This document shows positions 1 to 8,884 of a stretch of DNA of 43,382 nucleotides, one piece after another. Source of the DNA: an uncultured archaeon (GTDB lineage: Archaea; Iainarchaeota; Iainarchaeia; Iainarchaeales; GCA-2688035); contig CAYHBD010000043.1 of the NCBI GenBank assembly GCA_964354805.1, positions 1-43,382 of the forward strand, written 5' to 3'. A model generated the notes under the pieces. It had not been told where the DNA came from. It was given only the letters and a program-made list of their open reading frames with translations, and did no database searches. The translations under genes and the position numbers were made by a program. The number at the start of each line of letters is the position of its first letter. Position 1 is the first letter of the stretch.

Positions 1-251
1 AAATCAATGACCTTGAACGGAATGCCGAATTGCCCAGCAACCGCCTTTGCATGAGCCGTGTCCAAGTGGTGGCTGTTGCAAGGCAGCATCAATGCAAGGC
101 AATTTTCCGGAAAAGCCTTTTTGCACAAAACAGCTACAACGCTGCTGTCAATGCCTCCGCTCAAGCCGAACAAAACGCCCTTTGCATTCGCCCTGCGTAC
201 CTGTTCCTGGAGCCAGGAAACAATTCGCCTTTCTATTTCAGGCATGTTCAT
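1..251 (-). CDS. nadE: NH3-dependent NAD+ synthetase-like protein, 5' part (runs off the left edge)
   Basis: Manual translation gives MNMPEIERRIVSWLQEQVRRANAKGVLFGLSGGIDSSVVAVLCKKAFPENCLALMLP..., with the SGGxDS PP-loop in a NadE-like context. The ATG at 251 overlaps the TGA of the upstream gene (ATGA). Not in the ORF track. Confidence 0.85.
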   Translation of the reverse strand, partial: MNMPEIERRIVSWLQEQVRRANAKGVLFGLSGGIDSSVVAVLCKKAFPENCLALMLPCNSHHLDTAHAKAVAGQFGIPFKVID

Positions 252-1576
252 TCCAGCCAATGGGCATCACCTGCCTCATGGTATTCAATGCGCTCCGGCA
301 AATGCATGTCTCTCCATGCCCCCATGTTGTCCATTATCAGCCTGCAGTTTTTCAGGCTTGGCAATATTTTCCCCTCGTTTACATACCTGTATTGCATGTG
401 ATTCGCTGCAATAACTATTGTGTCAAATTCTTTCAAGCCTGATGGAAAATTGAAAGATTGCACGCCCAAAATTTCCTCAATCTCCTTTTTGCTGTAATAT
501 GGGTCGTGCACTTTAACTGTTAAGCCGGCTTGCCGCAATTTTTTTGCAATCGTAACAGCAGGGCTTAATACATGAACTTTTAGGTCAGCTGTGTAAGCTA
601 TGCCAAGAATAGCAACTTTTTTCGCACCCTTTTTTACAATGCTTTCAACAACCCTGTCAGGCTGCTTGAAATCCGTGGCAAGCGATGCATGCAGCAAAGT
701 AAGCGCCTCTGGATGCTTTGCCCCCTCCAAAACATATTGTGGTGCAAGGGGAATGCAGTAGCCGCCTGTTCCAAAGCTCGGGTGAAATGTGCCAATATTC
801 CATTTTGTTCCAACCAGGCGCAGAATTGAAGTCATGTCCAAATTAGGATAAGCAATTGACAGCTGGTTTGCAAGAGCGATGTCCATCTGCCTGAATGCGT
901 TCTCAATGCTTTTAACTATTGCAGCGTGCCTGTGGTCTTTTGCCGGCAAAACATTGTCGCAAATCAAGCTGAAAACACTGCACATCAAATCTGTTGTTCT
1001 GTTGTCCGTTCCGCCGACAACTCTGGGCAAGGACTTAAGGCCCTTATCCGCTGATGTAAACCAGTCTCTCCTCGGCGCAACGCCAAGCAAAATGTCTTTG
1101 CCAACATGCAAGCCATTGCGCTCAATCAAAGGAATAACAATGTTGTCAACAGCGTTCGGAGTCAAAGTGCTTTCAATTACCACAAGTGGCGGCTGTTGCA
1201 GATTTAGCTTTTTAACGCTGCAGATTTTTTGGATGACATCCTGCAAAATATCATGGTAAGGCTTCCCGCCCTTTTCCGTAGGAATTGAAATTAAGTGCAC
1301 TGCAATGTCATCTGCAATCAGTTCCCGCCAGTCGAGCGTTGCCCTCATCAAGCCAGCTTTCGCCAAAGCAACTGTGTCAAATCCAACCCAGTAATCAAGG
1401 TTTGGAATCGTTGCCTTGCCGTTATTTACATCATTGACCCTGTGCTTTGCTGTATCTGTTCCAATGCAGCTGATGCCTGCCTTTGCAAAGTGGGCCATGC
1501 TGCTGAAGCCGATGTAGCCCAGGCCCCAGACAGCTATGCGCCTTTCGCCTCTCCTCAGCATTTCTCGCAATTCCAT
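248..1576 (-). CDS. NDP-sugar dehydrogenase (UDP-GlcNAc/ManNAc dehydrogenase family, divergent)
   Basis: GLGYIG Rossmann motif, VVIEST, KSIENAFR, TKWN, catalytic GGYCIP, C-terminal LGIAY...HDPY. Confidence 0.9.
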   Translation of the reverse strand: MELREMLRRGERRIAVWGLGYIGFSSMAHFAKAGISCIGTDTAKHRVNDVNNGKATIPNLDYWVGFDTVALAKAGLMRATLDWRELIADDIAVHLISIPTEKGGKPYHDILQDVIQKICSVKKLNLQQPPLVVIESTLTPNAVDNIVIPLIERNGLHVGKDILLGVAPRRDWFTSADKGLKSLPRVVGGTDNRTTDLMCSVFSLICDNVLPAKDHRHAAIVKSIENAFRQMDIALANQLSIAYPNLDMTSILRLVGTKWNIGTFHPSFGTGGYCIPLAPQYVLEGAKHPEALTLLHASLATDFKQPDRVVESIVKKGAKKVAILGIAYTADLKVHVLSPAVTIAKKLRQAGLTVKVHDPYYSKKEIEEILGVQSFNFPSGLKEFDTIVIAANHMQYRYVNEGKILPSLKNCRLIMDNMGAWRDMHLPERIEYHEAGDAHWLE

Positions 1577-1709
1577 CCAAGCAGCCTCTCTTCAATTAGG
1601 GTTAAAAAACTATTATAAAACTACTTAATTGCGCGCTTTTTAAAATACTTTTTGGTTCAATGCTGGAAAAAGCATACCTTAATAACGATTTTAGCCCCTT
1701 TAGTTAAAT

Positions 1710-1916
1710 ATGGGCAGAAAGCCGAAAGAAAGCGGAAAAATGGTATATTGCATGTGCCCGTACTGCAACACTGTCAGGCAAAGGGTTAATGGCAAGTATA
1801 ACATAATCCAAAGGGGCTATGAAAGGAACGGTTTTGCGCGCTTTTTTTGCACCAAGTGCAAAACATGGTTCAATGAAAGGACTGGGAAATCAATGCAGTG
1901 GTATACAAGGTTTTAG
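1710..1916 (+). CDS. Stand-alone zinc-ribbon protein resembling IS1/IS1595 transposase N-termini
   Basis: CPYC...RG...GFARFFCTKCKTWFNERTG; AT-rich promoter-like region upstream; no DDE domain follows. Confidence 0.65.
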   Translation: MGRKPKESGKMVYCMCPYCNTVRQRVNGKYNIIQRGYERNGFARFFCTKCKTWFNERTGKSMQWYTRF

Positions 1917-1935
1917 AACGCAAAATTGGCGGGAT

Positions 1936-3468
1936 TCAGCTGAATCTTTTCATCACTCTTCTGAGGAAATTTACTCTGTACCCGGTTTTTCTTTCAATTG
2001 CCTTAAGGATTTCAATGTCCTCTTTCTGCAGGCCTTTTATCACAAGGAAAATTAAGGCGTAAACCGCCAAAAAGGCAATGCCGCATAAAGCCAGCAGCAA
2101 AAAGTCTATCGGAAAAGCGAATGAATTGAGACTTGGGATGAATTGCCGCAATGCATAGAACAAGGCGCCTGCAGCAAAAGATGCGATTATTGGCCTTAGG
2201 TATGCTGAACTGTAGGGGTGCATTCCTGTTCCCAGGAAAACCTCCAAAACCGATAGCAGGTTCAATACAAGGTAAGCTGTTGCTGTTGCAAGCGCTGCAC
2301 CGATTATGCCAAAAGGCGGAATTAAAGCAATGTTCAAGAAGACGTTCAGCAGGCTTGCAACAAATGTGTTCAGCAAAATCAGCTTTGTTTTTGCAATGCT
2401 TTCAAGCATTGGCCTTGCTGTTGTGCTCATGCTGTAAACAAAGGTGCCGAAGCTGAGGACAGCCAATGCGCCTGCTCCCTCGGCATAAACAGGCCCGAAC
2501 ATTATGCCCAGGATCTCGATTGAAAAAATAGCGGCAAACAAAGTGCAGGGAAATTCCAAAATAAAAATCCACCTGGTGATTGTCTTGTACATCCCGCTTA
2601 ATTCCGTTAATTTTTTTGTTGCATAAAGCCCTGTCACAACAGGCAGGAACAATGAAACAAGCGCAAATGCCGGGATGTCCAAGACCCTTGCTGTAGGGGT
2701 TGCAACATTGTAGATTCCGGTGTTGTATGCTGTGCTAAGTATCCCAAGTGATATCGTGTCAATGTTTTGCATCAAAACCATGAAAGAATCCACAGCCAGC
2801 AAAGGCCAGCTGTAGCTGAATAACTGCCTCAAATTGTAAACAGCAGGCGCTCCTTTTTGAAAAACAGCGTAAATCTTGCCCTGAACCAAATAAAGCGAAA
2901 CAACAAAAATGAAAGCAGCTGACAAAGCCAATGCCATGGAAGCACCGGCTGCGCCAAAGCCATAGAATACAAACAGGAAGGTTAAAACCAGCTTTGCAAT
3001 GTTTTCAAATATATTCCTCATCAAAACCTTATACTCGATTTTCTTGAAAGCCTGGGCAAGTATCATGAAATTTGATGTAATTATTTGGAATGGAATAGTG
3101 AAAGCCAGAATCTGCAAAACCAGCTCAACCTTTGGCTCGTTGAAGAAGAGCAATGCAATTGTTTTCGCTGAAATGAACAAAATGGCTGCAAAAAACAGGG
3201 AAAAGAACAATTGCAGTTTAAGGCTGCCTATGATTGTTCCCCTCACATTTGCCTTCTTTTTCTGGGCATCAAATACCGCAACGAAGTGCAGCACGCCCTG
3301 GTATAAACCGAGCGCTCCAAAAACAGTTGCTAGTCCAAAGACAGCTATGCCGATTGAGAAAATTCCCAACTCGCTTGGCAACAAAAACCTTGCAACTATG
3401 ATTCTGTAAAAAAATGAAATCAGTTTGCTTATGACCAGGCCGCCTAATACAAAAGCAGCCCCCTTCAC
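1936..3468 (-). CDS. Wzx/AglR-like oligosaccharide flippase (MOP superfamily)
   Basis: 510 aa, polytopic; ARFLLPSELGIF, FSYSWPL, IDTISLG..TGIYNVA, LIPPFGIIGAALAT. Start uncertain (see findings). Confidence 0.9.
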   Translation of the reverse strand: MKGAAFVLGGLVISKLISFFYRIIVARFLLPSELGIFSIGIAVFGLATVFGALGLYQGVLHFVAVFDAQKKKANVRGTIIGSLKLQLFFSLFFAAILFISAKTIALLFFNEPKVELVLQILAFTIPFQIITSNFMILAQAFKKIEYKVLMRNIFENIAKLVLTFLFVFYGFGAAGASMALALSAAFIFVVSLYLVQGKIYAVFQKGAPAVYNLRQLFSYSWPLLAVDSFMVLMQNIDTISLGILSTAYNTGIYNVATPTARVLDIPAFALVSLFLPVVTGLYATKKLTELSGMYKTITRWIFILEFPCTLFAAIFSIEILGIMFGPVYAEGAGALAVLSFGTFVYSMSTTARPMLESIAKTKLILLNTFVASLLNVFLNIALIPPFGIIGAALATATAYLVLNLLSVLEVFLGTGMHPYSSAYLRPIIASFAAGALFYALRQFIPSLNSFAFPIDFLLLALCGIAFLAVYALIFLVIKGLQKEDIEILKAIERKTGYRVNFLRRVMKRFS

Positions 3469-3541
3469 GATTACCCTTAAATTTTCAAGCAGATTCCATC
3501 ACAGCTCCGGCAAAAAACTGCCAAGATTTTCACACCAACAT

Positions 3542-5110
3542 TCATTTGACCTCATACAAGTTACTGCATTCATCGCTGTAAACCAGCAGGACTTTTCCTT
3601 CGGCAGCCATTTCCTCAATTGCCTGCATATTCCAGGGGTTCTTGTAGCATGTTGCCGCAATGTGCGTTATGCCCTCTTTCTTCAATTCATCGTAAAGCTG
3701 CTCTGAACCCAGCGAATCAAACCTTGTAACGTATTGGAAATCTTTTTTTTCGGATATGAATGAAACCTGCCTTGCCTTGTTTGGGTGAATTGCGACAACG
3801 CTGTCAGCCGGCAGGGTTTTAACGAATTGATACAAGGGAAGATGCTGTTCATAATCATCCCTGAAATGCATTGCATAAAAAGCTGAAAATGCAATTCCGT
3901 AGACTGCTGTAAGACAAAACAGGAACAGCATAAGCTGCAGCACTTTTTTGCTGTTCAATTCCTTGAAAGCAGCGGAAAAAGCAATTGCAAACAAGGGCAG
4001 GGCTGGAACAATCAGCCTGCTGTGAATGAATCTTCTGCCCCTTGCAAAAAGCAAAACAGCAAGCAAAATGAAGCAAAACAACAGCAGCGTGTGCTGCTTT
4101 TCTTTCTTAAGCACTCCCTGAAACAGCCCGAAGAAAATGAAAATCAGCAGAGGCCCTGTTACAAGGCTGAAAAGCAAAAATGCATCTGCCTCCTGGATGC
4201 CAAAAGGCATTGCATCAAAGGATTGGCTTAAAAAAAACCAGAAGCTGGCGTTGAATCTTGCAGGCAGGGCCAGAACAGAGTCAATTGAAAGCACAGGCAG
4301 GGCACTGCCTTCCAAAAGATAGGTTGTCTGTGTTTCTGTCAGCAAAAAGTCCCCTGTTCTGAAAAATGCCAGAAGAAACCAAACAGATGAAAGCAGCAAT
4401 GTTGCAAAAACAAATAACAGGACAATTGCCATTTTTTTGTGAGCATGCGCTTTGCCTTTTTTGATTAATTCAAACAGAAAAGCAAAAAAGAATGCGGGTA
4501 TGAGAATGGTTGCACTGACTTTGCTTAAAGCGCATGCTGCTATTGCAAAAGGCATTAAAACCAAAAAAACGCGTTTGCCTGTTTCAACAAAACGCCAGTA
4601 AACAAAAAAACAAAGCAGGACAAAAATGCTGGCAAAGGTTTCAGTGTAATTCAGGGCACCGAATATTATCAGCGAAGGGTGCACTGCAACAAAAGCAAGC
4701 CCAGGCAGGTAGTTTTTGGGAAAAAGCCTTTTCAGCAGCGCGAATGCCAAAAACAGCTGTATTGCCGAGAAAATGAATGGAAAAATCCTCGCGGTTGAAA
4801 GCGTGAAAGGCAGCTGAAAGAAAATGAATGGCAAAGCCGTTACAAAGTAATACAAAGGCGTGGTTATCGGGCCAGCAGACAGCATTTCAGGTGGCAACGC
4901 CCTGTTTTCCGCAACATAGCGCGTTATATTAAGGTGATACAAGGTATCGTTTAGCTCTGCATCAGGCAAAGTAAGCAGAACAAACAGCCTTGCAATCAAG
5001 CCAGCTGCAATTATTGCAACAAAAATTTTGTCTTGTGCGGGCAATGAAAAGAATTTCCCCCGCATTTCAATGGATTGTTGCTTCAAATATGGCAATATCG
5101 GTTTATTCAT
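3542..5110 (-). CDS. GT-C fold membrane glycosyltransferase (ArnT/PMT-like)
   Basis: Multi-TM; acidic first loop (DAELNDTLYH), TPLYY, ETFASIF, LSK, RLIVPALP; soluble C-terminal domain. Confidence 0.75.
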   Translation of the reverse strand: MNKPILPYLKQQSIEMRGKFFSLPAQDKIFVAIIAAGLIARLFVLLTLPDAELNDTLYHLNITRYVAENRALPPEMLSAGPITTPLYYFVTALPFIFFQLPFTLSTARIFPFIFSAIQLFLAFALLKRLFPKNYLPGLAFVAVHPSLIIFGALNYTETFASIFVLLCFFVYWRFVETGKRVFLVLMPFAIAACALSKVSATILIPAFFFAFLFELIKKGKAHAHKKMAIVLLFVFATLLLSSVWFLLAFFRTGDFLLTETQTTYLLEGSALPVLSIDSVLALPARFNASFWFFLSQSFDAMPFGIQEADAFLLFSLVTGPLLIFIFFGLFQGVLKKEKQHTLLLFCFILLAVLLFARGRRFIHSRLIVPALPLFAIAFSAAFKELNSKKVLQLMLFLFCLTAVYGIAFSAFYAMHFRDDYEQHLPLYQFVKTLPADSVVAIHPNKARQVSFISEKKDFQYVTRFDSLGSEQLYDELKKEGITHIAATCYKNPWNMQAIEEMAAEGKVLLVYSDECSNLYEVK

Positions 5111-5396
5111 ACATTAATACCTTTTTTTAATACAGCTAAGCTGAAAAGTTATTTAAACAACTTACTGCTTTTGTTTGGTACGATTGTCAAAAAATAAGTA
5201 TTTTTAATTAAATAATGCAATTTAGTCTTTAGGGTTTGGGGATGAAACCAATGCGATGGGAATTCGCAAAAAAAAAATTTAGTCTCTACAATAATTTCAC
5301 TTATATTTTCTGTTTGAGAATTTTCTAAAACAATTGCAGGCATTCAAGCTGAAAACAAGCTTAAAGCAGTTGCGGTAATGGATAGGTGGTAGAAAG

Positions 5397-6086
5397 GTGA
5401 GCATCACAGAAAAGACTTACAAAGAGGCCAAGCGTCATAGCAAAGCTTGGATAACAGGCAAAAAAAAGATGCGACCGATTTCCGAGATGATCATGGCAAT
5501 ATTCAACAAAGACAGCAGGGTAAACATTGCTGATATTGGCGGCATAGGGGAATCCTATTCTTTTTTCAAAGAACTGCTTCCTTACGCTGCGATTTGGACA
5601 GTAAACCATGTTGAAGAGCATATGAAGGGGTGCAAGAACTGCGTTTTGGAAGACTTCTCAGAGAAGATAAGCCTGCCTTCTGGAAAGTTTGACTTGGTTT
5701 TTTTGGGGGACACTCTGGAACATATGGCGGATACCGATACCCTTGTCGAGGAAATCTGCAGGATAACAAAATGCGGCGGTTTTCTCATATTGACCACGCC
5801 AAATATGGCAAGTTGGGTAAACCGCTTTTCACTGTTGTTTGGGTTTGCACCGACAAACTATCACCCATCGGATATAAGGTATGGGGCAATAACAGGCGCT
5901 AACCGCGCATCCTACCACAAGTCGGTATTTACCTTGCCGGCTCTGAAGTCGTTCCTAAAACAGCATGGCTTTGAGACCCTGAAAACCAGGGGCTTCAGTT
6001 ATCATAACATGCCAATTTGCAGGCTTGCAAGCCTGCTGCCCAAAACATGGCAGGAAGGCATAATAGTGTTGTGCAAAAAAAAATAG
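5397..6086 (+). CDS. Class I SAM-dependent methyltransferase
   Basis: IADIGG, FDLVFLGDTLEH, GGFLILTTPN. Confidence 0.85.
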   Translation: MSITEKTYKEAKRHSKAWITGKKKMRPISEMIMAIFNKDSRVNIADIGGIGESYSFFKELLPYAAIWTVNHVEEHMKGCKNCVLEDFSEKISLPSGKFDLVFLGDTLEHMADTDTLVEEICRITKCGGFLILTTPNMASWVNRFSLLFGFAPTNYHPSDIRYGAITGANRASYHKSVFTLPALKSFLKQHGFETLKTRGFSYHNMPICRLASLLPKTWQEGIIVLCKKK

Positions 6087-6103
6087 ACCGCAGGCGATAT
6101 AGT

Positions 6104-6196
6104 TATATCAAAGGACAAAAATAATTGTATAAAATGGTCCTTTGATATATATCAAAAGGCATTCAAAAAAAAACCATAATTAATGCCTTTTGATAT
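6104..6196. repeat. Tandem double inverted-repeat element, copy A
   Basis: Perfect 13-bp IR tatatcaaaggac (6104-6116) / gtcctttgatata (6137-6149), abutting a perfect 15-bp IR atatcaaaaggcatt (6149-6163) / aatgccttttgatat (6182-6196). Confidence 0.9.
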
Positions 6197-6229
6197 TAAA
6201 TTTGACAATAGCGCAGATATGTCTGGCGT

Positions 6230-7225
6230 TTGATTGCTATGCTTGCATCAAAAAATTTAGTAGTGCTGATTCCAGCATTCAACGAGCAGCAGACAATCGC
6301 AGGCGTAATCAAGCAAATCCCGAGAAAAATTCCCGGAATAAAAAAAGTTTTAGTGCTTGTTGTTGACGACGGCAGCAGCGATGCAACAGTGGAAAAAGCA
6401 AAGAAGGCAGGCGCTGACAGAATCGTTTCCCACAACACAAACAAGGGTCTTGGGGCAGCGTTCAAAACAGGCCTCAATGAAGGGCTTGCAATGGGCGCAG
6501 ACATAATAGTGAACATTGATGCCGACGGGCAATTCAACCCTGCGGACATTGAAAAGCTCATCAAGCCAATCCTGCAGAACAGGGCAGATGTTGTAACATG
6601 CAGCAGGTTCAAGGACAAGGCAATTTGCCCAAAAATGCCTTTCATTAAAAAATTCGGGAACAAGGTTTTCACTGCAGCAATCAACCTTTTCACAGGCAGC
6701 GGCTTCACTGATACGCAGTGCGGATTCAGGGCATACAGCAGGGAGGCTGCCTTAAGGGCAAACCTTTTCGCAAGATTCACTTACACCCAGGAGGTATTGA
6801 TTGACCTGATGCAGAAAGGCATGCGGATACGCGAGGTTGCATGCGAGGTCAAAGGCCAGAGGGAAGGGCAAAGCAAGGTCGTAAGGCACTGGTACAGCTA
6901 TGGGGCAAAGGCGCTGATAATTGTCCTGAGAACACTGCGGGACTACAAGCCGCTGCAGTTCTTCGGCTCAATCGGTTTGCTGTTCTTCTTAGCAGGCGCA
7001 ATCAGCGCATTTATTCTCTGGATAAGGCTTTTGCTGCTGCATAAAATCGACCCGTTTATGTGGGTTGTTTACGCTGACGTTATCCTAATTGTGCTTGGAT
7101 TCCTTTTGATGATTCTTGCACTGATTGCAGACATGCTGGACAGGCAGAGAAAGCTGCAGGAAGAGATATTGTACAAGCTGAAAAAGGAACAGCTGGAACA
7201 AATCCACGGCAAGCAAGGGCACTAA
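6230..7225 (+). CDS. GT2 polyprenyl-phosphate glycosyltransferase (DPM1-like) with C-terminal TM helices
   Basis: IPAFNE, VVDDGSSD, NKGLG, DADGQ, DTQCGFRA; alternative ATG at 6239. Confidence 0.92.
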   Translation: MIAMLASKNLVVLIPAFNEQQTIAGVIKQIPRKIPGIKKVLVLVVDDGSSDATVEKAKKAGADRIVSHNTNKGLGAAFKTGLNEGLAMGADIIVNIDADGQFNPADIEKLIKPILQNRADVVTCSRFKDKAICPKMPFIKKFGNKVFTAAINLFTGSGFTDTQCGFRAYSREAALRANLFARFTYTQEVLIDLMQKGMRIREVACEVKGQREGQSKVVRHWYSYGAKALIIVLRTLRDYKPLQFFGSIGLLFFLAGAISAFILWIRLLLLHKIDPFMWVVYADVILIVLGFLLMILALIADMLDRQRKLQEEILYKLKKEQLEQIHGKQGH

Positions 7226-7320
7226 CAACAGGCCAAGTAAATACTATTGGTAAAATTGTTTCTCTTCAATTGAATTTCAGCAAACCTTATAAAAACTTTC
7301 AAAGGGATTGTTTTAATACC

Positions 7321-8853
7321 ATGAACGCAAAAACACTGCTCATCCTTCCGCCGCGCACTGTGCAGATTACAGGGTCTTTGGAAGCGCACCAGCCGCCGCT
7401 TGGGCTGGCTTACCTTGCAGCAATGCTTGAAAGCAAGGGGCATAAAGTGAAAATAATTGACGCAGTAGCAGAGGGATTGAGCAATAAGGCAATGGTCAGC
7501 CAGCAATTTTTAAGGGTAGGCTTGAGTGATGAGGAGCTTGCCCGAAGAATCAAATCATATGCGCCTGATGTTGTAGGCATAAGCTGCATGTTCACAGCCT
7601 TTAAAGACGACGGCCTGAGGGTTGCGGCTATTGCAAAAGAAGCAATGCCTGATGCGCTTACTGTCCTTGGCGGAGCCCATGTTTCGGCAAACCCTGAGCA
7701 AACAGCCAGGGAACCAAACGCGGATATTGCAATATTCGGCGAAGGGGAATTGACATTGCTTGAAATCGTTGAACAGGTTGAAAAAGGCAAAAAGCCGGCC
7801 AAAATAGACGGCACTGCTGTCAAGAGCGGGAAAGGCGTTAAAAGAAACAAGCCCAGACAACTCCTGCCAAACCTTGACCTGCTGCCTTTTCCTGCAAGGC
7901 ATCTTTTGCCAATGGATATTTACTTCGGCCTGCAGAGGCAGAATTACGCTTTCAGCATGCGGTATCCCATAATAGAGCTTATCAGCAGCAGGGGATGCCC
8001 TGGCAAATGCGTTTTCTGCGCAGTACACGCAATCTGGGGGAGATGCTGGAGGCCAAGAAGCGCAGGCAATGTTGTCGATGAAATAGAATATTGCATGCAA
8101 AAATACGGAGCAAGGGAAGTAAATTTCACTGACGACAACATTTCACTATCAAAGAAAAGAATGATTGAAATCTGCAAAGAAATAATTGGCAGAAAGCTTG
8201 ACATTAAATGGCATACCCCGAACGGCATAGCAATCTGGACCCTTGACAAAGAAGTGCTGGCATGGATGCGCAAAAGCGGCTATTACAGGGCAAAGTTTGG
8301 CCTGGAAACAGGCAGCAGCAGAATGCAGAAATACATCGGAAAAAACATTGACCTTGCCTACGCAAAAGAAGTCATCAAAGAATGCAACAGGGCAGGGATT
8401 TGGACTGCTTCAAGTTTTATGATAGGTTTCCCTGATGAAACAGAGGAAGACATAAACCAAACAATTGAATTCGCAAATAGCACGCACCTCGACTTTGCCA
8501 GGTTTCTGATTGCACAGCCATATGCAGGCACGCAGTTATTCGACCAATTTGCGGAAAAAGGCCTGCTGCAGGGGAAACGCACAAAAGCAAGCAGCGCATT
8601 CCACACCTCTTACGATACAGCGCACCTCACGGCAAAACAGCTGAATGAAATAAGGATAAGCGCACACAAGCAATTTATGCGCAGCAGGGTCAAGCTGATG
8701 CTGAACCCAGGTTATTTCTTCACGGAATTCCTGCCAAAGGTTGCTTCAACCGAAGACTTCACGCATTTTGTGAGAAACGCGTTTACCCTGCTGAAAGGCA
8801 AAACCGCAGGGAAAAAGAAAACAGGCACAGTGCAGCAGGCAAGCGAAGACTGA
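7321..8853 (+). CDS. Cobalamin-binding radical SAM protein (paralog 1)
   Basis: PPLGLAYLAA, GGAH, GEGE, SRGCPGKCVFC, GLETG, FMIGFP, PYAGT. ATG 7321 preferred because a TTATAAAA box lies ~30 nt upstream. Confidence 0.92.
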   Translation: MNAKTLLILPPRTVQITGSLEAHQPPLGLAYLAAMLESKGHKVKIIDAVAEGLSNKAMVSQQFLRVGLSDEELARRIKSYAPDVVGISCMFTAFKDDGLRVAAIAKEAMPDALTVLGGAHVSANPEQTAREPNADIAIFGEGELTLLEIVEQVEKGKKPAKIDGTAVKSGKGVKRNKPRQLLPNLDLLPFPARHLLPMDIYFGLQRQNYAFSMRYPIIELISSRGCPGKCVFCAVHAIWGRCWRPRSAGNVVDEIEYCMQKYGAREVNFTDDNISLSKKRMIEICKEIIGRKLDIKWHTPNGIAIWTLDKEVLAWMRKSGYYRAKFGLETGSSRMQKYIGKNIDLAYAKEVIKECNRAGIWTASSFMIGFPDETEEDINQTIEFANSTHLDFARFLIAQPYAGTQLFDQFAEKGLLQGKRTKASSAFHTSYDTAHLTAKQLNEIRISAHKQFMRSRVKLMLNPGYFFTEFLPKVASTEDFTHFVRNAFTLLKGKTAGKKKTGTVQQASED

Positions 8854-8884
8854 TTTGCACTCTGGCCAATGGAGTACCATATTA

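Noticed and set aside
1710-1916. Intact IS element
   Set aside because: No catalytic ORF, terminal repeats or target-site duplication found.
5111-5396. Long AT-rich gap with short direct repeats (aatttagtct twice) and an A-run
   Set aside because: Consistent with divergent promoters; no convincing ORF, RNA structure or phase-variable tract inside a gene.
6104-6196. Integron attC site or simple intrinsic terminator
   Set aside because: No RYYYAAC/GTTRRRY ends and no integrase seen; stems are AT-rich with long spacers and no U-tract. Kept as an unexplained element.
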